Part shown: positions 14,350 through 22,960 of the stretch, in pieces
How positions within the stretch are numbered: the stretch's first letter is position 1
Layout: each line of letters opens with the position of its first letter
Assembly: GCA_965644295.1 (NCBI GenBank)
Contig: CBFFRP010000433.1
Location: forward strand, 355,862 to 419,861
Length of the DNA: 64,000 nt
Direction of reading: 5' to 3'
Origin: Paraphysomonas bandaiensis
Lineage: Eukaryota; Protista; Chrysophyceae
Position numbers and translations under genes: made by a program
Notes under the pieces: model-generated
Told to the model about the DNA's origin: nothing
What the model saw: only the letters and a program-made list of their open reading frames with translations
The model's database searches: none

Positions 14350-15469
14350 AACACCAGCATTATCATGTAGATATTGGGGTAGAGAGATGCTGATTAATAT
14401 TTCGAGTATTCAGCTAGATTTGACGCTTATTGAAGTATATTTATGTAATCTGTCAATATTATTTCTCTGTAAGTTAACTTAGACAGGTATGTTCTGTGAA
14501 GAATATTGGACACGGTGATTTATGTTGTCATAAACTATCATATTTGTTAGAGTAATCCTTCATTCGGAACAGAAATACTAATACCAAACATTAAAACCAT
14601 GACGCAAATACGATGTAATTTTGTACAGCACTCAATTTTTAATGCACAACTTTCAGTTTGCGATACAGGCGACGATATTATATCACTCAATATAAGAAAT
14701 GCTGCAATATCTACAACGTTTTGTATGTTTTTCTCTGGTGCAGAACGTATACTTACCATTGTCATGAGGTTAATATAACACTATTCCATAAACATTATTC
14801 ACAGAAACATACATGATATGTAAATTTTCTTTGTGTTTATGGACATGTCTATTGTATTGTTCTCCAAATGAGCATATAATCACTCTCACTGTTAGATGTA
14901 ATCAGTACTGACAACAGAGTTTGCAGCAGTAATTGCTCCACCTATGCAGTGTATCACATACATCAAATAACATCTAATAATACTTCTAACGAACCCAATG
15001 GAGTATCTAACACTGGAACAGGACATTGTCCACTGCACTGGTCGTGGACAGCGTGCAATATGGGCACTCGATTGCTGTATATCGTACAACATCTGTTTAC
15101 GGTATACCTTAGAATACACTCGTAGTATATTGGCGAATTATAGAGATGCCAATCGTACATAAGGACGCGATATGATTGGATAAAAATCTGCGTACTTGTA
15201 CGATCGTAGTGGAATGAATCCCTTTGATCATCAGTGCAGTGTCAGTGAGGTGTGCTGTGTGATATGGCTGCACTGCTTGTAGATGCATCATACTATGAAG
15301 TATCCTTCATTACAACTCATTTCACATACTTGAACTCATCATTACCTCAATAAATCTTTCCAACCCAACAACATCTCTACATAAAGGGTTGGGTTCAGAA
15401 CACTGAGTAAGTGAATATCCTACCAACAAAAATGAACAAAATTCGTAAGATAAACGCATAGTTTGCATA

Positions 15470-16993
15470 ATGACACTTGAGGGTTATAAACTGCCTACAA
15501 TATCCCCTTATCGTACTAAGAAATACCATAATCTTAAGAAAGAAGCAGAAGAAGATATCAAGTATATCCGTCATGCTGTTACTAAAATAATTAAAACAAA
15601 AAAAAGAAAGAAAAAGAATATATTTGGTGACTGTACGGTCGAGACGGATCACATGGATTTAAAGCATGATGAATGGGAAGTATGGGCCAGTAAACATAGC
15701 CGTACAATCAATAGTAAATTTACTACTAATGATATACGACAATTAAGGAAATGGTTTGTAAGTTTAGATGTTAATAAAAGTGGTGGTGTGGGAGTGGAGG
15801 AGTTACTTGATCCTCTATTGTCTGCAGGGATATTAAAATCTAAGATTGATGTAGATGTTCTGTTTAAGATGGCCGATACAGATGGGTCTGGTGAAATAGG
15901 TTTCCATGAGTTCCTGCATGCTCTAGAGGAGAATAAATTGTGTGATGCGACGAAGATATCATGTCTACAGAGGATTACAGAGTTATCAGATGAGGGTCTC
16001 TCTGCGGCTATGAAATTATCCATTGAACGTAGGAAACATATGATGACTACTGTAGTGGATGAAATGGCTCAACGACAGACAGAAATTGACTGTGCATATC
16101 TGCAACGAGAATTGAAGCGGTCATCAAATGACCCCAAGGCTGGAAGACGTATTGCCTTGCCGATGCTGGTACAGAAAAATCTTGCTTCCATGGTGGTCGA
16201 ACATCATGCGCAGAAGAGAGATGCCCATCTATATCTTACATCCTTGGAAAAGGTGATAGAGTCACAACGTGATTCAATTAAGGCTGACGACGTTGTATCG
16301 TCTACCAAAATAGAAAAGAGATACGGTGTATATGATGAAATCGCTCCAGATGATGAATTGGATACGGGGTATAGCGGGGGCGTAGCTGCTCGTCGTGAGT
16401 CTGTCACACGACTAAACGCTATTTCGAAAGACGTATATGGCAAAGGCACATACTCTATGCTTTGTAGGGGGGACTCGATTGATTATGAAGCCGAGTACAG
16501 TACCACATCCCTGTACGACGCGGTTGAGGTGGGCCAAACCCCATCCATGGTAGTGGTCCCGAAGCGAATAACCACAAAAAGTTTATCGAGAAAGATATCT
16601 CATTCGACAAGTATGAATACTATGGGGGAAAGCGATGGCATATGTCGTCAAGATTCTTACAGTTTTGATTATGATGACGGAAATAGTGAAGATGAAGGAG
16701 TGATCCATACTAATGGGCAAGTAGAAGATTCCGACAAAATTAGTGGCGTATCATCACGCTCTCCATTCACACAAAACAGTAAAACAAAAGTGAGACGTTT
16801 AAAGAGTAAGCAACTCTCACGTTCACCGAGTAAGGTCCTTCGAACACAGAACTCAGGCTCCATTCTAAAACTCAGGAAGCAGACAAGTATCAGCGACTAC
16901 CATCCACGTCAGAAGCTGAGCATCATTCGAATTATTCCGAAAACCGTTTTGCCAATAGAAGTTGATGATGAAGATCAAAAGCCATCATGTTGA
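15470..16993 (+). CDS. EF-hand pair protein, single exon; C-terminus truncated by copia-1
   Basis: 507-aa ORF with two EF loops (DVNKSGGVGVEE, DTDGSGEIGFHE). The final Cys codon and the stop (TGT TGA) are the first 6 nt of the copia-1 5' LTR. Confidence 0.85.
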   Translation: MTLEGYKLPTISPYRTKKYHNLKKEAEEDIKYIRHAVTKIIKTKKRKKKNIFGDCTVETDHMDLKHDEWEVWASKHSRTINSKFTTNDIRQLRKWFVSLDVNKSGGVGVEELLDPLLSAGILKSKIDVDVLFKMADTDGSGEIGFHEFLHALEENKLCDATKISCLQRITELSDEGLSAAMKLSIERRKHMMTTVVDEMAQRQTEIDCAYLQRELKRSSNDPKAGRRIALPMLVQKNLASMVVEHHAQKRDAHLYLTSLEKVIESQRDSIKADDVVSSTKIEKRYGVYDEIAPDDELDTGYSGGVAARRESVTRLNAISKDVYGKGTYSMLCRGDSIDYEAEYSTTSLYDAVEVGQTPSMVVVPKRITTKSLSRKISHSTSMNTMGESDGICRQDSYSFDYDDGNSEDEGVIHTNGQVEDSDKISGVSSRSPFTQNSKTKVRRLKSKQLSRSPSKVLRTQNSGSILKLRKQTSISDYHPRQKLSIIRIIPKTVLPIEVDDEDQKPSC

Positions 16994-17307
16994 GTTTTGC
17001 TGTTTGTGAGCAATTAAAAGCTGTAGTTTCCAAGATATTAGAATTATATCCGTTACTCAAAGAATACAGTAGTAGCTAGCTGTAGTATGAGAACCAATAA
17101 TATGATAGCCATTGTAGTGATAAAACTGAAATATACTGACTGTACAAGATAGTGACGATGTAAGATCGTACTAGAAATGGTTGGTGTAGTAGAGATAGAA
17201 AGAGTTGGTGAACGTCAATGAATGAAGTATGGTATCTCTCATAATTATATAATATTCCATATAAGTGTTAACGAAGGTCTTATTACTAAAAATGTCTATT
17301 TCTAACA
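16988..17307 (+). repeat. Copia-1 5' LTR
   Basis: tgttgagttttgc...tctatttctaaca; identical to 22183-22502. Confidence 0.97.
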
Positions 17308-20300
17308 TGGTAGCGGATGGTAGTTCGGAGTGGAAACTTCTTCCCAAATTTGATCAGTTCGGTGTAGTGAATTGGTCAAAGAATCTGAAAGTGTGGTTGA
17401 TGAGGAAGAACAGGAACCATCTGGGTCTAGAGGACCGTCCAGTAAGACCAGCAAATAATGCGCCAGTGACAGTCCGAAATAAGTACAAGGAGGATCTGGA
17501 CAAGTGGCTGGAGAGGAAAGACACGTGCATCAGTTCGATATTTGAAGCTGTTCAACCAGTCGCTGAAGCCCTTGAGATCGTGGATCAGTACTTCCGGGAA
17601 AAGGATATGCTCCCGCAGGACCATCCTGATAAAGAGCAGTTAGCGAGTGAACTCATCTCTAGGTTAATTGTTCGGTTTCGAGGGGAAATCCAATATGAAT
17701 TAGTTGAATTGAATAAGAAGTTTGCAGGATTCAAAATTCTACCGGGGGAACTCGTGTGCGCAGCAATCGATCGACTAAACGGCATCTGTCAAAAAATGTC
17801 CGAGTTGGGGGAACCACCCACTGACATCGCTAAAAAAACGAAGTTACAGACTGCCCTCGAAACACGAAGCGATTTGGAGCAATTGTACACCAATCTCTAC
17901 CTACAAGGTGACATAACCTTTATTGATATGATCACCATATGCAGGAGATACGATCAGGCAAAAGGTGTCCCGAAAGAAGGCACCGACGAAGTAAACATGA
18001 ATTCCACTGCTGATGAAAATGAGGTGTGCAGCTATCCCAAATGTGGCAAACGGGGTCACTCACAGAAATCGTGCTGGAAGAAGAAGAGAGATCTTAAGAT
18101 TGCGAAATTAAGAAGGCAGGGAAAGAGTCGTGTTGCTAGGAATCGATCTGAGAGTCGCAGAGACAACAACGAGAAGAAAAAATCAGATGGCTGTTATGTA
18201 TGTGGAGACACCAGACATCGTGCGTATAAGTGCAAATTTCGTGCTCAAGTACGTAGTGACTCTGCCCAAGGAGACAAAAACCGGCCATTTTTGGACGAAA
18301 AGCCTGCAAAACGCACAGATTGGAATCGTTTTTTGCGGAGAGAGGAGCAAGAGGAAGATTCGGACTCTGTGAATATGATTATGTATGAGGAACCGCAAGA
18401 TGATTCATGTGTCTCTGAAGAGGTGCTACACACTTCCGATGAACCCGTGTATTTAGACAGCTGTGCCTCTAATAAACTGTTCATTGTTAAGGACAGAAAT
18501 TTCCTTCATACGGTCAAGAAGGAGGATGGAGATATACAGACAACCAGAGCTGGATCCAGTTTACACTATGAGGAAACTGGAGGCTTTGGCGATTGGACTG
18601 ATATCAAGATCTGCCCTGGATCAGTCAAGAATATCTGCTCTGGAGGAATACTCCGTTCTCACGGGTATGGATTGCAGTTGTTGAACAACCCCACTGTTGT
18701 GCAACTTGATACTGGGGAGACTGTATTGGAGGCAACCTACTCAAGCAACGGAATGCCTTATGTAAACTTACAGGAAATACTTGATCTTCCAAATTTGACA
18801 ATGCTGGAGGAAGTATATTTGTCCGACAAGGTGCATGAAGATCCGTTAGAGATGTTACACAAGCGCTGTGGACACGTCAGCAAACATAAGCTGATTGAAG
18901 CGTTTAAACACAGACTTTTTACCGGGAGCGGATTAACCCGACGACATCTCAGCAAGAAGAGTTTACGAAAAATGAAAGGTATTTGTAAAGCTTGCGCAAA
19001 ATCAAAGATGACAAGGAAATCATTCACCGCAAAGAGAGATGACGAACTGCAAGCTACAGAGTTCCTTGAGAAGGTTTCTGTGGACATTGCTGTATATTTC
19101 AATTGCCCATCCAGACAAGGATATAAATATGTTCTGACATTATCAGATATAGACACCAAGGAGTTTTGGGAATATCCGTTGGAGACACGGTCTGCGAATG
19201 AGGTGTTGAGTTGCGTGAAGGACTGGGTTGAGCGTAAACTCCCTACATATCCCGGTTCACACCGGTTGATACAGTACCATTCGGATGGGGGGGCTGAGTT
19301 GATCGACAAGTCCATTCAGCAATACTTAATGAGCAAGTTTGGAACTAGCATCACTTGGAGCTCCACAGACAGCCCTGAGATGAATGGTGTATCTGAGCGT
19401 AGGAATCGAACATTGGGAGAAATGACTCTGGCTCTGTTAATGGACTCAGGATTACCCGTAATTTTTTGGTGGGATGCTTATGTATATGCATGCATGATCG
19501 TTCGACGAATGCCTACACGTACATATCGAGGTTGGATGTCTCCAATGGAGTGCGTCCCAGGAGGTTCAGTCCCTGACTTATCGAGATTTCGACGCTGGGG
19601 GTGCAAGGCTTATGTGCTTATTCCCAAAGGTGATCGTCGAAAGGACTGGCAGGAGAAGTCGCAGACTGGGTATTTCATAGGTCTATCCAATACGAAAAAG
19701 GGATCCCGTGTGTGGCTTGGTGACAAAGAAGTCGTATCAGTACATGTTCTGTATGATGAAAGTATACCTCCAAGAGATAAGGAGTACTATGCAGAGCTTG
19801 AAGAGGCCTTAGTCAAAACTGACCCATTAGATCGATCAGTTGAAGAGTTTAAACATCTGATTGGTTCGTATCATGTGGACGACGGGTTTCTCTTCAAGAC
19901 TACGAGAGTTGTGGTGCGAAAAGGACTAATTGTGGCGTTTAGGGCGCTAGTAACTGCTGGGAAAGAGCAGATAGAAGAAAAAGTCCCTATTCACGTACGT
20001 GATATTGCCGAGTTGACTGGTGACTATAACCGCAGGCTGTACTCAAAACCTCGTTCTTGTGACGACAAGAGAGGTGGATCGTCATCTACGCCGGCTTCGG
20101 GTGACACGCCCAATAAGTCTACGGCGGATGAGATTTCAGGGAAGAGAATGTCCCTTCGTACTTTGCCGGAGAGTAGTGCGGGTGCTGTACCGAGTGGGGT
20201 CAGCGCGAATCGTGTCTTTGAGAATGTACCTTCTTGTGTGCCCAGTGAGAATAGTGGTACTGTACATGCTGAGTCAAGGGAGACCAGTGGTAAACGTACG

Positions 20301-22055
20301 CGAACCCGAAGGGTGTTGACTAATGTGTCCACCCTGGGTGAGGTAAACCTTCTCCATGACGAAGAGATTGTTAACTTGTGTGATGAGAGTGATTGCGCAC
20401 TTATGTCTAACTCGTCTACTTATAGAGAGCCTGAGACGTATGAAGAGTCATTGACATGTCCTGAAGCTTCAAATTGGAAGGAAGCTAGACGATTAGAACG
20501 GAATGCATTATTCAAGCGGGAAGTGTTTAATGTCGTTGAGACGCCACCTGGTGTTAGACCTCTAAAGTCCAGATATGTGTTCAAACGAAAATACAATAAA
20601 GATGGATCAATAAAAAAGCATAAAGCTCGTCTGGTCGCTCTGGGATATGGTCAAAGGACAGGTATAGACGTCGAAAATACATTTGCTCCTGTGGTGAAAT
20701 CGATTACGGTTAGACTAATCATTGCCCTTGCTTTCATGTTTAGCATGCACATTCATCAACTTGACGTGTCGAATGCATTCTGTTATGCTAAAATCGAAGG
20801 AGACGTGTACATGGACCCTCCTCCCGATTTTCAGTTGCCACCAGGACACTGTTTCAAACTATATCGCTCACTATATGGCCTTCGGAGTTCTCCACGTTCA
20901 TGGTGGAAGACCATACATGGATTTATAAAGTCTTTGGGATTCAAACCCTGCATTTTAGAACCATGTCTATATTATATGATGTACAAAGGTCATCGTGTGT
21001 ACTTAACCATATACGTTGATGATATAGTAATCGCTTGTGCGGATCTGACTATTTTGACAGAAATCAAGAAACGGTTTTGTGAAAGATTTGACATGTCAGA
21101 CATGGGGGAATTAGAGCATTTTCTCAACGTTCGAGTTACAAGGACCAAGAATTATATTCAACTTGACCAATCGACATACGCTGAAAAAATTCTCACCAAA
21201 TATGCAGCATTCCTTGGACATTCAAACAAAGTTCGCAAATCCCCACTACCTGTAGATGCCATGGACAGGATTAATTGCACTGATAGTGAGAACTCATCTC
21301 AGGAGGAAGAGGGAGTCGACAATTATCCCTATCGTAGCTTACTAGGTGCCATGCTATATCTATCAATGAATACGCGTCCAGATATTTCGTATGCTGTTGG
21401 CCTATTGTCACGATATGCTTCGAAACCAACAAAGGCTACATGCAAGTTGATGACTTATTTGTTACAATACATCAGGGGTACTGTGCGGAAAGGTATTCGG
21501 TTCAGTGGTAAGAGCTTTGACATGCATATTTTCACAGATGCTGACTGGGCAGGCGATACTGTGTCACGAAGGTCGACAACTGGATACATTGTGTTTGCAG
21601 CAGGTGGACCACTCACCTGGCAATCAATCTTACAAATTACTGTGTCTACGTCTTCAATGCAGAGTGAATACCAAGCTATGTACGCTGGCATGCAAGAACT
21701 GGTGTGGCTTCGGGGGGTGTTGGCCGAATTGGGACTTCGACTGTACGAACCCACTCCATTCTTTTTAGATAGCCAGAGTGCTCGTGATCTAGCATTAAAT
21801 CCAGTGTTCCACAAAAGATCAAAACACATTGAAATCAAATACCACTGGGTGCGTGAACATGTAGATCCAGAAGGACGTTTTAACACTGCGATATTGTATC
21901 ACGTTGGAACTGATAACCAGACTGCAGACATATTTACGAAATCTTTGTGTGGCGTTATATACGAGAAGCATAGAAAGAGATGTCTAGGAGAAGATCAGAA
22001 GTCATCTGTGGATGTCATCAGAGAGAATTCATACAAACGAAACAGAGGCTCATAA
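17292..22055 (+). CDS. Copia-1 Gag-Pol polyprotein (Gag, 2 zinc knuckles, PR, IN, RT, RNase H)
   Basis: Zinc knuckles CSYPKCGKRGHSQKSC and CYVCGDTRHRAYKC; protease YLDSCAS; IN HHCC (LHKRCGH...CKAC) and DDE (VDIA / HSDGGAE / SERRN); RT KARLVALG, QLDVSNAF, LYGLRSS, YVDD; RNase H TDADWAG, KHIEIKYH. PR-IN-RT-RH order indicates copia. First true ATG is at 17292, inside the LTR. Confidence 0.97.
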   Translation: MSISNMVADGSSEWKLLPKFDQFGVVNWSKNLKVWLMRKNRNHLGLEDRPVRPANNAPVTVRNKYKEDLDKWLERKDTCISSIFEAVQPVAEALEIVDQYFREKDMLPQDHPDKEQLASELISRLIVRFRGEIQYELVELNKKFAGFKILPGELVCAAIDRLNGICQKMSELGEPPTDIAKKTKLQTALETRSDLEQLYTNLYLQGDITFIDMITICRRYDQAKGVPKEGTDEVNMNSTADENEVCSYPKCGKRGHSQKSCWKKKRDLKIAKLRRQGKSRVARNRSESRRDNNEKKKSDGCYVCGDTRHRAYKCKFRAQVRSDSAQGDKNRPFLDEKPAKRTDWNRFLRREEQEEDSDSVNMIMYEEPQDDSCVSEEVLHTSDEPVYLDSCASNKLFIVKDRNFLHTVKKEDGDIQTTRAGSSLHYEETGGFGDWTDIKICPGSVKNICSGGILRSHGYGLQLLNNPTVVQLDTGETVLEATYSSNGMPYVNLQEILDLPNLTMLEEVYLSDKVHEDPLEMLHKRCGHVSKHKLIEAFKHRLFTGSGLTRRHLSKKSLRKMKGICKACAKSKMTRKSFTAKRDDELQATEFLEKVSVDIAVYFNCPSRQGYKYVLTLSDIDTKEFWEYPLETRSANEVLSCVKDWVERKLPTYPGSHRLIQYHSDGGAELIDKSIQQYLMSKFGTSITWSSTDSPEMNGVSERRNRTLGEMTLALLMDSGLPVIFWWDAYVYACMIVRRMPTRTYRGWMSPMECVPGGSVPDLSRFRRWGCKAYVLIPKGDRRKDWQEKSQTGYFIGLSNTKKGSRVWLGDKEVVSVHVLYDESIPPRDKEYYAELEEALVKTDPLDRSVEEFKHLIGSYHVDDGFLFKTTRVVVRKGLIVAFRALVTAGKEQIEEKVPIHVRDIAELTGDYNRRLYSKPRSCDDKRGGSSSTPASGDTPNKSTADEISGKRMSLRTLPESSAGAVPSGVSANRVFENVPSCVPSENSGTVHAESRETSGKRTRTRRVLTNVSTLGEVNLLHDEEIVNLCDESDCALMSNSSTYREPETYEESLTCPEASNWKEARRLERNALFKREVFNVVETPPGVRPLKSRYVFKRKYNKDGSIKKHKARLVALGYGQRTGIDVENTFAPVVKSITVRLIIALAFMFSMHIHQLDVSNAFCYAKIEGDVYMDPPPDFQLPPGHCFKLYRSLYGLRSSPRSWWKTIHGFIKSLGFKPCILEPCLYYMMYKGHRVYLTIYVDDIVIACADLTILTEIKKRFCERFDMSDMGELEHFLNVRVTRTKNYIQLDQSTYAEKILTKYAAFLGHSNKVRKSPLPVDAMDRINCTDSENSSQEEEGVDNYPYRSLLGAMLYLSMNTRPDISYAVGLLSRYASKPTKATCKLMTYLLQYIRGTVRKGIRFSGKSFDMHIFTDADWAGDTVSRRSTTGYIVFAAGGPLTWQSILQITVSTSSMQSEYQAMYAGMQELVWLRGVLAELGLRLYEPTPFFLDSQSARDLALNPVFHKRSKHIEIKYHWVREHVDPEGRFNTAILYHVGTDNQTADIFTKSLCGVIYEKHRKRCLGEDQKSSVDVIRENSYKRNRGS
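17308..17316 (+). promoter_or_regulatory. Primer-binding site, likely tRNA-iMet type
   Basis: TGGTAGCGG directly after the LTR-terminal CA. Resembles the yeast Ty1 iMet PBS (TGGTAGCGCC). Host tRNA not seen in this window. Confidence 0.75.
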
Positions 22056-22182
22056 ACGTGTTGTCTACGGAGAGGCTAGCTGAAACGTCGGAGCCATACG
22101 TCCACCGGTTTGTCCTATACGGTTTCGGTGGTTGCGTATCCGTCAGTTATGCCATGTTTTACAGCTTTGAATTGAGAGGGAG

Positions 22183-22502
22183 TGTTGAGTTTTGCTGTTT
22201 GTGAGCAATTAAAAGCTGTAGTTTCCAAGATATTAGAATTATATCCGTTACTCAAAGAATACAGTAGTAGCTAGCTGTAGTATGAGAACCAATAATATGA
22301 TAGCCATTGTAGTGATAAAACTGAAATATACTGACTGTACAAGATAGTGACGATGTAAGATCGTACTAGAAATGGTTGGTGTAGTAGAGATAGAAAGAGT
22401 TGGTGAACGTCAATGAATGAAGTATGGTATCTCTCATAATTATATAATATTCCATATAAGTGTTAACGAAGGTCTTATTACTAAAAATGTCTATTTCTAA
22501 CA
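22183..22502 (+). repeat. Copia-1 3' LTR
   Basis: Preceded by the PPT, followed by TSD CATCA. Confidence 0.97.
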
Positions 22503-22960
22503 CATCATTCGACCGAATTGTTAATTATCGATATTTTTAAAGCGCATACGCAGTGTGTTTCAAATATGGAAACATATTTCCGATTTAAGTGGCACTATTT
22601 GTATTTCATGTGTGTATGTTGATATCCCAACGCAGAGTGCATCATTCGTGTTTGTATGTTTGTTTCAGAGTTATTTAAGGAAATATGTAAATACAGTCGT
22701 AATAATCTGGCATAATTAGCAGATTAATTGAAATATAGCAACTTTAAAGCGCATATTTTCTCAATTGATTTAGATACTGTAGGGGAATTCTGGAAAGAAC
22801 ACTATACACTGAAGAGCGTTTCATTCCTAAATACTATCGAATACGAAAAATATTGGACATATCAGTTGTAGCTGTTACTGTTCCCCGTTTCGCAAATCAA
22901 TGTTGTGTCATATGATCAGGATGAATACTTTATCCTTCAAATGCTATAAATGAAAAAGTG

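Larger units (their letters stand above)
16988..22502 (+). mobile_element. Full-length Ty1/copia LTR retrotransposon (copia-1), intact
   Basis: Identical 320-bp LTRs (16988-17307 and 22183-22502), TG...CA termini, TSD CATCA (16983-16987 and 22503-22507), PBS TGGTAGCGG at 17308, PPT GAGAGGGAG at 22174-22182, single gag-pol ORF. Confidence 0.98.

Noticed and set aside
17265-17291. ORF-track start for copia-1 Gag-Pol
   Set aside because: It is a GTG; the first ATG is at 17292.
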